Sequence record: DRR378314_1742
Strand: one strand, 5' to 3'
DNA length: 64,000 nucleotides
A program made the translations under genes and the position numbers. Position 1 is the first letter of the stretch. Every line of letters starts with the position of its first letter. Positions 29,957 through 39,517 of this stretch are shown piece by piece. The notes under the pieces were generated by a model, which did no database searches, was not told the origin of the DNA, and saw nothing but the letters and a program-made list of their open reading frames with translations.

Positions 29957-31069
29957 ATGACGCAGGGTGTTGGAGTATCCCTCGAAAATGTTTGGATCCG
30001 GTTTGGCGATTTTGTCGCCGTCCGTGAGGCCAACGTCGACATTAATGGCGGAGAGTTTTTCTCCTTTCTGGGACCATCCGGCTGCGGGAAGACCACGATC
30101 TTAAGATCCGTTTCCGGATTTTTGGAACCCAGCGAGGGACGCGTTCTCATCGGCGGCAAGGATATGGCTGGATTTGGCCCCAACAAACGGCCTACCGCCC
30201 TGATTTTTCAAAACCTAGCCTTATTCCCCCTCATGAAGGTGTGGGAAAATATTACATTTTCACTGGAAGTCCAAGGCGTCGGCAAGACAGATCGCCGCAA
30301 GCGCGCAGATGAGCTGCTGGACATGATCGCCCTTCCCGGTCAAGGCGACAAGCTCCCCTCTGAGCTTTCCGGTGGGCAGAAACAACGGGTCGCTATTGCC
30401 CGGGCGTTATGCGCCCAACCCGATGTGCTGCTTTTGGATGAACCCCTTTCTGCACTGGATTTAAAACTGCGTCAGCATATGCGGACCGAACTTCGGGAAA
30501 TTCAGCAACGGGTTGGCATTACGTTTATTTATATCACCCATGATCAGGGAGAAGCCCTGACAATGTCAGACAATGTTGCCGTCATGCGGTCCGGCATTAT
30601 CGATCAGATTTCAGATGGACACACAATTTATAATGATCCGGCAACACCGTTCGTCGCGTCTTTCGTTGGCGAGAATAACGTCTTTCGGGGCACCATCAAA
30701 TCCATTGAAGGCAATCATGCTATTGTTTCCACCAACAGAACGGGTGATCTGGTCGGGCGTATTGGCCCAACCGCAGCCGGACAGCTTGCCATTGGCGATC
30801 AGGCAATGATGTTCCTTCGCCCGGAAGCCTGCAGCCTGGCAACAGACACCAGTCCGGCGCGCAACAAATTCCAGGCGGTTGTGCAGCATGAAGAATTTGA
30901 AGGGCAGAATTATAACGTCTTTTTGGAAGGCGATCAGGGAAAAGAAATCAAAATGTCCCTGGTCAATATTGGACAAGATCGCAAATCAGCCGCCGGACAG
31001 GAGCTGACTTTGGAATATAATCCGGCCCTGGCGATCGTTCTTCCCTTTGGTGAACTTGCAAGCGAATAA
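29957..31069 (+). CDS. ABC transporter ATP-binding protein (PotA-like)
   Basis: GPSGCGKT, LSGGQKQR, LLLDEP, THDQ, TOBE-like C-terminus. Confidence 0.96.
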   Translation: MTQGVGVSLENVWIRFGDFVAVREANVDINGGEFFSFLGPSGCGKTTILRSVSGFLEPSEGRVLIGGKDMAGFGPNKRPTALIFQNLALFPLMKVWENITFSLEVQGVGKTDRRKRADELLDMIALPGQGDKLPSELSGGQKQRVAIARALCAQPDVLLLDEPLSALDLKLRQHMRTELREIQQRVGITFIYITHDQGEALTMSDNVAVMRSGIIDQISDGHTIYNDPATPFVASFVGENNVFRGTIKSIEGNHAIVSTNRTGDLVGRIGPTAAGQLAIGDQAMMFLRPEACSLATDTSPARNKFQAVVQHEEFEGQNYNVFLEGDQGKEIKMSLVNIGQDRKSAAGQELTLEYNPALAIVLPFGELASE

Positions 31070-31078
31070 GGAGGCGTC

Positions 31079-32008
31079 ATGAATATAATGAATGGCCTTC
31101 AGCGTTTTTATATGAAAAACGGGATTGGGCTTGGAAGTTTCCTTTTACTAGCCGTTGGTTTTTGGATCATTGTCCTGATCATCCTGCCCCAGCTCTCCAT
31201 GCTGGATTTTTCCTTCCGGCATCATTTACCGCCGCCTGAAATGGGGGGGCCTAAAGATACGTATACCATTGAGCATTATAAGTATCTGTTGCTGGGGGCG
31301 CCGGGGGCGGACAGTTCCTACAATGTGGTGGATCTAAGCGTCTTTGGCCGAACCATTATGGCGGCGGTGTTTGTCACCATCCTGAATTTGGTAATCTGTT
31401 ATCCGATTGCCTATTATCTGGCGCAGTCCAATAAAGGCGGATTTACACGGGCTCTGGTTCTCTTGCTGATTATCCCTTACTGGATTAATGAAATCCTGCG
31501 GGCATTTGCTTTTCGCATTATTTTTGGGGAAACCGGCCTGATCAATGAAAGCTTGATGGCCATCGGACTAATCGGTGATCCAATTGATTTCATCCGGGCG
31601 AATATCGCGCTCTATGCCGGACTTGGCTACGCCTATATCCTGTTGATGATTTTTCCGATTTATAATGTTATCGAAAGCCTGGATCGAAACCAGATTGAAG
31701 CTGCCCGGGATATGGGCGCTTCATGGCCCCGTATCCACTGGCGGGTGGTCATTCCTTATGCAAAACCGGGCATTTCCTCCGGCTGTACCATGGTGTTTAT
31801 GCTGACGGCTGGAGCCCTGGCGGCGCCGCAGATCCTTGGTGGACCATCCAGTCTTTGGTTTACCCAAATCATTTACCAGTGGTTCAATCAGGGCGGCAAC
31901 TGGCCGCGGGGTGCGGCCTTTGCCATCGTCCTGCTGGTCGCCTGTATCATTATCGTTCTGACAATGATGCGCCTGTTTAAAGTCAGAATGGGGGATATCG
32001 GCAAATGA
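31079..32008 (+). CDS. ABC transporter permease (PotB-like)
   Basis: Transmembrane helices, EAARDMGA loop. Confidence 0.95.
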   Translation: MNIMNGLQRFYMKNGIGLGSFLLLAVGFWIIVLIILPQLSMLDFSFRHHLPPPEMGGPKDTYTIEHYKYLLLGAPGADSSYNVVDLSVFGRTIMAAVFVTILNLVICYPIAYYLAQSNKGGFTRALVLLLIIPYWINEILRAFAFRIIFGETGLINESLMAIGLIGDPIDFIRANIALYAGLGYAYILLMIFPIYNVIESLDRNQIEAARDMGASWPRIHWRVVIPYAKPGISSGCTMVFMLTAGALAAPQILGGPSSLWFTQIIYQWFNQGGNWPRGAAFAIVLLVACIIIVLTMMRLFKVRMGDIGK

Positions 32009-33285
32009 AGACCGAAAATATCCTTCTTAAATTTATCCTGGGTGCCTATCTGATTGTCTTTTTTGGCTATCTGCTGGGCCCGCTTCTGGTGATGAGTGTC
32101 ACGGCATTCAATTCACCGGAATTTCCCCGAATGACGCCCTGGGAATGCCTGACATTTGAATGGTTTGATGTGTTGGCCAATGATGACAGGATCCTGAACG
32201 GGCTGAAAAACAGTTTCATAGTCGGAATGGGAACCGTCACCCTTTCAGTGACTATGGGTCTGGCGGGCGCACTGGTTCTGACGCAGGTCTGGCCGCGCCT
32301 TCGGGCCACCTATTATACGGTGGTGATTGCCCCGATCCTGATCCCTGGTGTGGTTCTGGGTATTTCCACGCTGGTATTTTGGGACCGGGTCAACATTATG
32401 CTGGGCCTGAGCAATGACAGTTTCCTGCATAACGGAATTTTCCTGACCATCTTAGGGCAATCGACCTTTATCGCATCCTATTGCATGCTGGTCTTTATCG
32501 CCCGTCTGCAACGCTTCGATGAAGGCCTGACAGAAGCCGCACTGGATCTTGGGGCAACCAATGTCCAGGCGTTTCGTAAAATCCTGCTGCCCTTCATGAA
32601 GCCTGCGATTGGATCGGCAGCGGTTCTGGCGTTTCTGGCTTCGTTTGAAAACTACAACACCACGACCTTCACTTTTGGCAAGTTTCCGACCCTAACTATA
32701 GAGTTGGCACAAAAAGTCAGATACGGGATCAATCCATCCATCTCTTCTTTGGCCTTTATCATCATTGCGCTGACCGTTGTCGGGGCCCTGATCCATGAAG
32801 CCTATCGGCGCAAGCAGCAACTTGCCGTCGCCAATGGCGCTCCGGTATCGTCCGTCATCGGCGGGGTTAAACTGCCGAAGATTTTCCGTGGGAACCCGGT
32901 AGCGATTATTCTCGTGCTGATGGCACTGGGCGGCGCCTCAACTGTTTGGTTTGCCCAAGTTTACAGCCCTAATCAATGTATTGAGCAGGTCCGTGAGCAG
33001 AAGCAAATCGAAATTCAGAAGAAGATCGATGCCATCAAGGCAAAACGCCAGCAGGAAATGTTGAAACGCCAACAGAAACAGGGCGCAGCAGACACCAGCA
33101 ACCAGTCGGGTACCAAATCCACCAACCCAGGTGCCGGTGCGTTTGGCGGCGTTTTTGCACCGAAAAACCTGGAAGAAGACAAACCGGCTGACGGATCAGA
33201 TAGCGGATCTGCTAATCCGGGTGCCGGTGCCTTTGGCGGTGTGTTTGCACCAAAGAACCTGGATAAGGAACAAACAACGGATTAA
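32005..33285 (+). CDS. ABC transporter permease (PotC-like) with long C-terminal extension
   Basis: EAALDLGA loop; extra hydrophobic helix, coiled-coil-like stretch and repeated tail. Confidence 0.93.
   Translation: MKTENILLKFILGAYLIVFFGYLLGPLLVMSVTAFNSPEFPRMTPWECLTFEWFDVLANDDRILNGLKNSFIVGMGTVTLSVTMGLAGALVLTQVWPRLRATYYTVVIAPILIPGVVLGISTLVFWDRVNIMLGLSNDSFLHNGIFLTILGQSTFIASYCMLVFIARLQRFDEGLTEAALDLGATNVQAFRKILLPFMKPAIGSAAVLAFLASFENYNTTTFTFGKFPTLTIELAQKVRYGINPSISSLAFIIIALTVVGALIHEAYRRKQQLAVANGAPVSSVIGGVKLPKIFRGNPVAIILVLMALGGASTVWFAQVYSPNQCIEQVREQKQIEIQKKIDAIKAKRQQEMLKRQQKQGAADTSNQSGTKSTNPGAGAFGGVFAPKNLEEDKPADGSDSGSANPGAGAFGGVFAPKNLDKEQTTD
33124..33261 (+). repeat. Two 48-nt copies encoding NPGAGAFGGVFAPKNL
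   Basis: 33124-33171 and 33214-33261; 7 nucleotide differences, all synonymous. Confidence 0.95.
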
Positions 33286-33307
33286 CGGTCAGCCGCTTTC
33301 CAGATTG

Positions 33308-33334
33308 GGGAGGGGTTGATCCCCTCCCTTTTTT
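33308..33334 (+). terminator. Intrinsic terminator of the ABC operon
   Basis: GGGAGGGG-ttgat-CCCCTCCC-TTTTTT. Confidence 0.9.
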
Positions 33335-33416
33335 GTGAGCATTACAGATTTTATTGGGCATATTATCTTGATTTGTTTGCAGAGCATAACCTTCAGTCAA
33401 TGAGCAAAAGTTAAGA

Positions 33417-33863
33417 ATGAAAAACAAAACGGTTCCCGTTGCGCAAGCGCCAAAGCTCATCCAAGCTATTTTAAAAAGCTGGGAAAAATTGAACCAGAAA
33501 ACGGATGCTGCGACCTTAAAGTCACTTGGATCATCCCTGCCGCGGAACTGGCTGGATTATGTCGATATCTATGATGTTGAAGGAGATGGGGCCGTTTTCA
33601 GGTTACAAAAACCGGGTAGCCGGGTTATTGACCTGACCAACCAAAATTTATGGGGCCGCTCTGCACAGGATATTGATCATGTTTTCGGACTAGACCTGCA
33701 TCGCGATCTGCTGAGCGTCTACACCAGCAAGAAACCAGCCCTGCACCATATTCATGTTTTTCAGGATCCGAACAAATTGTCTTACAGAGCCCTTGTTCCG
33801 GTCTTCTGCCCCAATCACCCGGATCAGGTTGAGCAGATCCTTCTCTGTCTTGTTGCCAAATAG
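33417..33863 (+). CDS. Hypothetical protein, divergent PAS_5-like
   Basis: LKSW...WLDYVDIYDV...FRLQKPGSRV...NLWG resembles the PAS_5 layout. Confidence 0.55.
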   Translation: MKNKTVPVAQAPKLIQAILKSWEKLNQKTDAATLKSLGSSLPRNWLDYVDIYDVEGDGAVFRLQKPGSRVIDLTNQNLWGRSAQDIDHVFGLDLHRDLLSVYTSKKPALHHIHVFQDPNKLSYRALVPVFCPNHPDQVEQILLCLVAK

Positions 33864-33989
33864 ACGAAGATTAAAGCGATTAAATTCAAGTTTGATGAGT
33901 TCATTTTAATATAAACTTCATGTTTATCGATCATTTTTGCATAGTAAGTCCCCTGCAAGGTATTAAATTAAAATAACAAAAGAGCCTGA

Positions 33990-34730
33990 ATGACTAAATT
34001 CCGAGCGAAGTTCTGCCCCCACCTATGGATTGCCATAGGATGTTTTTGGGCCGTGCAGCTCTTTTCCGGAAACTCACTAGCCCAAGGACAGACCTGTCTT
34101 AAAATCGCCTATTGGGAACTGGACTCTCCTGAGTTTAGAGCTGGCTATGAAATCGTTCAGGAAGCCTATAAACAGGCCGGGGTCTGCCATGAATTTGTCA
34201 AAATACCTTATAAGCGGGCAGCGATCCTTCTGCAAAGCGGTGAAATCGATGCCAACCTTTGGCGGTTGGAGGAGTTTGTACAAAAGGGTAACGGCTGGCT
34301 GCTACCAATCCCTAAGGCCATTCTGGAAACCCGAATTGGCCTTGTTTACAATGACAGCGCTGTTGATCCGAAGGACTTAAGATCCTCGTTACATAACGAG
34401 TCTATCGGGACGACGCGCGGCACCGTTTTAAGCGATAAATTTATCCATTCCCTCTCTGCACGCAAGGTCCTTGTCAAGGATCACGCGACCCTCTTTTTTC
34501 TTCTCAAAAACAGTCGAATTAAAGCCGCGCTTCTGCCATTGGAGATTTTCGAGGGACATAAAGAAACCCACCAATTGGGACCTGATATCAAAAGCCTGAC
34601 CCTGAGGAAAACCCGGGTCTTTCATGTGATTGCCAAAAAACACCAAGACCTTGTCCCACGCCTTAATGCCGCTTTTGAGCAGATCCTCAAGCGAAAAGAC
34701 TTTTTTAAGCGGGTCGCCAAAATTCAGTAA
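33990..34730 (+). CDS. Periplasmic substrate-binding protein (family 3-like), orphan
   Basis: Signal peptide; PYKRA..LLQSGEIDA, IGTTRG, LLKNSRIKA, LVPRLNAAF. Confidence 0.8.
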   Translation: MTKFRAKFCPHLWIAIGCFWAVQLFSGNSLAQGQTCLKIAYWELDSPEFRAGYEIVQEAYKQAGVCHEFVKIPYKRAAILLQSGEIDANLWRLEEFVQKGNGWLLPIPKAILETRIGLVYNDSAVDPKDLRSSLHNESIGTTRGTVLSDKFIHSLSARKVLVKDHATLFFLLKNSRIKAALLPLEIFEGHKETHQLGPDIKSLTLRKTRVFHVIAKKHQDLVPRLNAAFEQILKRKDFFKRVAKIQ

Positions 34731-34751
34731 ATCACTTTCGGCAAGCCAAAG

Positions 34752-34778
34752 AAAAAGGGCTCGCAACTGCGAGCCCTT
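34752..34778 (-). terminator. Intrinsic terminator of rplM-rpsI
   Basis: AAGGGCTCGCA-gt-TGCGAGCCCTTTTT on the minus strand. Confidence 0.88.
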
Positions 34779-34803
34779 GTCCATTTCCAAATCGGAAAAT
34801 TGA

Positions 34804-35310
34804 TTAACGTTTTGAGAACTGGAAGCTCCGACGGGCTTTGCGCCGACCGAATTTTTTCCGTTCAACAACACGGCTGTCGCGTGTGAGGAAGCCAGCCGCT
34901 TTCAGTGGGCGGCGCAGGCCTGGCTCATACAAAGTCAGTGCTTTGGAGATACCATGACGAACCGCACCAGCCTGACCGGAAAGGCCTCCACCTTTAACGG
35001 TGCAAACAACATCGAACTGATCCACACGATCAGAAACTTCAAATGCCTGCGCCAGGATCATCCGCAGAACCGGACGGGCGAAATACTGTTCCTGGTCACG
35101 ACCATTTACAGTGATTTTACCAGAACCTGGCTTAACCCATACACGGGCAATCGCGTCTTTACGCTTACCTGTTGCATAGGAGCGGCCATGCTCATCAATT
35201 TTTGGTTCGGGCAGTGGAGCTTCAATGACTTCAGCTGCATCGACAACTTCAACAGCGTCATCGCCGCCAAGGTTTTTCAAGTCCTCAAGAGAGTTCACTT
35301 CTTCAGCCAT
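34804..35310 (-). CDS. rpsI: 30S ribosomal protein S9
   Basis: [21 protein letters not shown]. Confidence 0.99.
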   Translation of the reverse strand: MAEEVNSLEDLKNLGGDDAVEVVDAAEVIEAPLPEPKIDEHGRSYATGKRKDAIARVWVKPGSGKITVNGRDQEQYFARPVLRMILAQAFEVSDRVDQFDVVCTVKGGGLSGQAGAVRHGISKALTLYEPGLRRPLKAAGFLTRDSRVVERKKFGRRKARRSFQFSKR

Positions 35311-35312
35311 TC

Positions 35313-35777
35313 TTAAGCTCTCCGTGTGTTTTTAGCGTTCATTGCAGCTACATCCAGAACTTCTGGCTTCTGTGCTTCGTGGGGATGCTCAGATCCACCA
35401 TACACGTGCAGTTTTTTCAGCTGTGCGCGGCCCAAAGGACCTTTTGGAACCATCCGCTGGACGGCTTTTTCCAGAACCCGCTCAGGATGCGAACCGTTCA
35501 GAAGCTTTTCCATTGTCCGTTCTTTAATGCCACCAGGATACCCAGTGTGCCAATAGAACTTCTTGTCAGTCAGTTTACGACCCGTGAAAGCGACTTTTTC
35601 AGCATTGATAACAACAACGTGGTCGCCACAGTCGATATTGGGTGTAAACATTGCTTTGTGCTTACCGCGCAGGCGGTTTGCAATGATTGCAGCCAGACGA
35701 CCAACGACAAGCCCTTCAGCGTCGATAATCGTCCATTTGCTTTCAACCTCGGAAGGTTTTGCAGAATAGGTTTTCAT
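35313..35777 (-). CDS. rplM: 50S ribosomal protein L13
   Basis: [25 protein letters not shown]. Confidence 0.99.
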   Translation of the reverse strand: MKTYSAKPSEVESKWTIIDAEGLVVGRLAAIIANRLRGKHKAMFTPNIDCGDHVVVINAEKVAFTGRKLTDKKFYWHTGYPGGIKERTMEKLLNGSHPERVLEKAVQRMVPKGPLGRAQLKKLHVYGGSEHPHEAQKPEVLDVAAMNAKNTRRA

Positions 35778-35848
35778 AAAATTCAGCCTTCGCTCATGCG
35801 TGCCAGAACAAAAGAAAGGGAGCCGTTAGCTCCCCGAAACTTGAGGTG

Positions 35849-35877
35849 GTTATAATTTCACTTAAAGCTAAAGTCAA
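35849..35877 (-). promoter_or_regulatory. sigma70 promoter of rplM-rpsI
   Basis: TTGACT-17 nt-TATAAC. Confidence 0.8.
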
Positions 35878-35965
35878 TCGGAAAAAACGCAATAAAAACA
35901 CAGCTTTATTTATGTGGTATTATTTTACCACAAATTTTCAGTGACTTTGTAACCCTTTATTCTGA

Positions 35966-36388
35966 TTAGGATTTTGACGGTGGGATGGCGTAGGTTACCG
36001 TCGCATGGGCAACCGGCTCATCAATGCCTTCGGAAAAAAGCGCAACATCCCCGATCGCTAACAGCTTGCCGCGCTTCAAAAGACGCCCCTCCCCCCGTAA
36101 GATTCCCGGATTGGGCTTGCGTAGAAAATTGATATTCAGGTTAGTTGTCACCGCCAGCGCCACCGGACCGATTTGCGCCAGCAAAAGAAGATACATGGTG
36201 ACATCGACAAGCGACATCATGGTTGGACCCGATACTGTTCCGCCGGGCCGAAGGTCCTTGGCTGTAGTTGTCATGCCAATGGTGATTTCCCTCTCGCTTA
36301 CCGCTTCCACCCGATACCCGTAATGAGACACCTCCGGAAATTCGGATCTCAGAAATTCCATCAACATCTCGGCACTCATAACTGTCAT
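35966..36388 (-). CDS. PaaI family thioesterase
   Basis: LRPGGTVSGP...D, AVTTNLNINFLRKP hotdog-fold motifs. Confidence 0.93.
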   Translation of the reverse strand: MTVMSAEMLMEFLRSEFPEVSHYGYRVEAVSEREITIGMTTTAKDLRPGGTVSGPTMMSLVDVTMYLLLLAQIGPVALAVTTNLNINFLRKPNPGILRGEGRLLKRGKLLAIGDVALFSEGIDEPVAHATVTYAIPPSKS

Positions 36389-36537
36389 TCACCGGTCCCC
36401 CGTTCTTATTGTTGTCTGCTGATTTATACTGCTTATCTGTAAAGCTGAACAGTTGTGATTGCACTCGTTTGATTTTCCAGTAATCTAACGAGAAAACAGG
36501 AAAGGCATCCACCAATGGGCCAACCGGGAGGACATTC

Positions 36538-37344
36538 ATGAGCGAACAACGCGCATCCCAAACAGAGGCAACCTCTTTGCTTTCTTTAGTGGTTGACGGC
36601 AGAGTGGCGCAGCTGACCCTGACAGACCCCAGCACCCGCAACGCCTTATCCAGCCAAATGATGAGCGCCATCAGCGACACCCTGGATGACATCGCAACAA
36701 GATCTGATATTGCCGTTGTCATCCTGGCCGCAGAAGGGCCGGTGTTTTCATCAGGCCATAACCTCAAAGAAGTGATGAGTGACAGCAGCCAGGAGGCGAT
36801 GCTGAAACTGTTCAATCAATGCAGCCAGATGATGCAAAAAATCGTCAATTTGCCGCAACCCGTGATCGCCCAGGTGGATGGAGCGGCAACCGCAGCTGGC
36901 AGTCAACTGGTTGCCAGTTGTGATCTGGCTTTTGCCAGCACGTCATCGCGCTTTGCAACGCCCGGTGTTAATCTTGGGCTCTTCTGTTCGACCCCAATGG
37001 TGGCGTTAAGCCGCAATGTCAGCCCGAAACATGCCATGGAAATGCTGCTGAGCGGGGAGTTTATCACAGCAGATGATGCCATGCGTTTTGGCTTGATCAA
37101 CAAAGCAGTTGAGTCGGATGAACTGGACGAGATCGTCCAGAAATTCGCCCGCAATATTGCCAGCAAGTCGACCCACACAGTGAAGACCGGAAAGGCTGCG
37201 TTTTACAAGCAGCTCAACATGCCGCTTGCCCAAGCCTATGACTTTACATCAGAGGTTATGGCGCAAAACATGCAGTCCCATGATGCACAGGAAGGCATTG
37301 ATGCGTTCCTGTCCAAACGAGATCCAGACTGGCAGGATAAATAA
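36538..37344 (+). CDS. Enoyl-CoA hydratase family protein
   Basis: FSSGHNL, ATAAG.QLVASCD, TPGVNLGLFCSTP. Confidence 0.95.
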   Translation: MSEQRASQTEATSLLSLVVDGRVAQLTLTDPSTRNALSSQMMSAISDTLDDIATRSDIAVVILAAEGPVFSSGHNLKEVMSDSSQEAMLKLFNQCSQMMQKIVNLPQPVIAQVDGAATAAGSQLVASCDLAFASTSSRFATPGVNLGLFCSTPMVALSRNVSPKHAMEMLLSGEFITADDAMRFGLINKAVESDELDEIVQKFARNIASKSTHTVKTGKAAFYKQLNMPLAQAYDFTSEVMAQNMQSHDAQEGIDAFLSKRDPDWQDK

Positions 37345-37838
37345 TGGAGCATTCAACCTATTCAGATGCATATATTGGCGACATTCTGGAAAATGTGAAA
37401 ACCATTGCCGTTGTCGGGGCGAGCGACAACCCGGTTCGCCCGTCCTATATGGTAATGCGTTATCTGCAACGCAAAGGGTACCGGATATTCCCGGTCAACC
37501 CCGGTAAAGCCGGGCAGGATCTGCTTGGCGAAGTTATATACGGCTCCCTTCAGGAAATTGAAGAGCCGATTGATATGGTGGACTGTTTTCGAAACAGCGA
37601 CGCCATTCCGGCCCTTGTCGAAGAGGCAAAGGCCATTAAGGCATCCGTCGTGTGGATGCAGCTTGGGGTCATACATGAAGAAGCTGCAAAAACCGCGGAG
37701 GCCGCAGGCATCAAGGTTGTTATGAACCGGTGCCCGAAAATCGAGTTTGGCCGTTTATCTGGGGAGATTGCCTATATGGGCGGACGGTCAGGCATAATTT
37801 CATCCAAAAGAAACAAGCTTGTAGGAAAAAAGAAATGA
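37344..37838 (+). CDS. CoA-binding protein (YccU-like)
   Basis: IAVVGAS, PVNP, WMQLGV, MNRCPKIE. Confidence 0.93.
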   Translation: MEHSTYSDAYIGDILENVKTIAVVGASDNPVRPSYMVMRYLQRKGYRIFPVNPGKAGQDLLGEVIYGSLQEIEEPIDMVDCFRNSDAIPALVEEAKAIKASVVWMQLGVIHEEAAKTAEAAGIKVVMNRCPKIEFGRLSGEIAYMGGRSGIISSKRNKLVGKKK

Positions 37839-39115
37839 CCAACCCAAAATTCGAAACTTTAGCTGTGCATGCCGGGGCCGCCCCAGATCCAACAACTGGC
37901 GCACGGGTGACCCCGATTTACCAAACAGCGTCCTATGTTTTCGACGATGCAGACCATGCCGCAGAGCTTTTTAACCTGCAGGCGTTTGGCAATATCTATT
38001 CACGCCTGACCAACCCGACGAACGCTGTTCTGGAAGAGCGGGTCGCATCGCTGGAAGGCGGCGCCACAGCACTTGCTGTCGCCTCCGGCCACGCGGCACA
38101 GATGGTTGCCTTTCATACCCTGATGGAACCCGGCGATGAGTTTCTGGCATCAACCCGGCTCTATGGCGGCTCCATCACGCAGTTCAGCCAGTCTTTCAAG
38201 AAATTTGACTGGAATGCCATTTTTGTCGATCCAGACAATCCAGAGAATTTTAAAAACGCCCTCACCCCGAAATGTAAGGCCATCTTTATTGAAAGCCTGG
38301 CAAATCCCGGCGGCATCGTCACTGACATTGAAGCCATTGCCAAGGTTGCGCATGACGCGGGCATCCCGCTGATTGTCGACAATACCCTTGCCAGTCCTTA
38401 TCTGTGCCGCCCGATCGAGTGGGGTGCGGATATTGTGGTGCATTCGGCAACCAAATTTCTGGGTGGACACGGCAATTCCGTTGGCGGCCTGATTGTCGAT
38501 TCCGGTAAATTTGACTGGAGCGCGAGCGATAAGTTCAAAACCTTGAGCGCACCCAACCCGTCTTATCATGGCATGAAATTTCATGAGACCTTTGGCGAGC
38601 TTGCTTTTGGGATAGCCTGCCGGGCCCTTGGCCTTCGGGATCTGGGGCCTGCCCTGTCCCCGTTTAATGCGTTTCAGTTGATTACCGGCATTGAAACACT
38701 GGCGCTTCGTATGCGCGAACATGGCAAAAATGCCCTGAAGGTCGCAGAGTTTCTGAAAAACCATGACAAGGTTGCCTGGGTTTCCTATGCAGGTCTGGAC
38801 AGCGACCCTTATTATCCGCTCGCTCAGAAATATATGCGCGATGCCTCTGGTGGGGCGGTGATGACTTTTGGCATTAAGGGCGGTTATGAAGCCGGGATCA
38901 AAATGGTTGAAGGCGTGGATCTATTCTCTCATCTTGCCAATATTGGCGATACCCGCAGCCTGATCATTCATCCGGCCTCAACCACCCATCGGCAATTGAA
39001 AGAAGAACAACAGGTTGCCGCCGGTGCCGGACCTGACGTTGTTCGCCTGTCCATCGGCATTGAGAATGTGGATGATATTATTGCTGATCTGGATCAGGCT
39101 CTGCAAAAAGCCTGA
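37835..39115 (+). CDS. metY: O-acetylhomoserine aminocarboxypropyltransferase
   Basis: YSRLTNPT, HSATKF (PLP lysine), HLANIGD, HPASTTH. ATG overlaps the upstream stop. Confidence 0.93.
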   Translation: MTNPKFETLAVHAGAAPDPTTGARVTPIYQTASYVFDDADHAAELFNLQAFGNIYSRLTNPTNAVLEERVASLEGGATALAVASGHAAQMVAFHTLMEPGDEFLASTRLYGGSITQFSQSFKKFDWNAIFVDPDNPENFKNALTPKCKAIFIESLANPGGIVTDIEAIAKVAHDAGIPLIVDNTLASPYLCRPIEWGADIVVHSATKFLGGHGNSVGGLIVDSGKFDWSASDKFKTLSAPNPSYHGMKFHETFGELAFGIACRALGLRDLGPALSPFNAFQLITGIETLALRMREHGKNALKVAEFLKNHDKVAWVSYAGLDSDPYYPLAQKYMRDASGGAVMTFGIKGGYEAGIKMVEGVDLFSHLANIGDTRSLIIHPASTTHRQLKEEQQVAAGAGPDVVRLSIGIENVDDIIADLDQALQKA

Positions 39116-39508
39116 TCAGCCATGCTCTGCGTTATCATACACGGAGAGTTCTATTAAATTAAGATCGGGGTCACGCACATATAAAGATGTGATTGGCCCC
39201 GTCGCACCGGTTCTGGCAACAGGACCTTGCAGGATCTTGATGCCCGCCTCTTTCAGTCGGGCCTCAACCTGACCCAGCGGCACATAACAAATGAAACAAA
39301 GATCCGCTGTACCGGGTTTTGCCAGCTCCGCCCGGGGGCTCAGCTCTTTTCCCTGCAAATGGACATTCAGCTTCTGCGAGCCAAAATGCAGGGCATACCG
39401 ATTTTCCCCAAATTCTTCAAACCGCATATCCAGCACATTACAATAGAAGGCTTTGGTCTTTTCAAGGTCGGTAACGGTAATCACAAAATGATCAAGGCGT
39501 CCAATCAT
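39116..39508 (-). CDS. VOC/glyoxalase family protein
   Basis: LDHFVITV, DLCF, GPVARTGA, RDPDLNLIEL. Confidence 0.93.
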   Translation of the reverse strand: MIGRLDHFVITVTDLEKTKAFYCNVLDMRFEEFGENRYALHFGSQKLNVHLQGKELSPRAELAKPGTADLCFICYVPLGQVEARLKEAGIKILQGPVARTGATGPITSLYVRDPDLNLIELSVYDNAEHG

Positions 39509-39517
39509 GGCTTTGCT

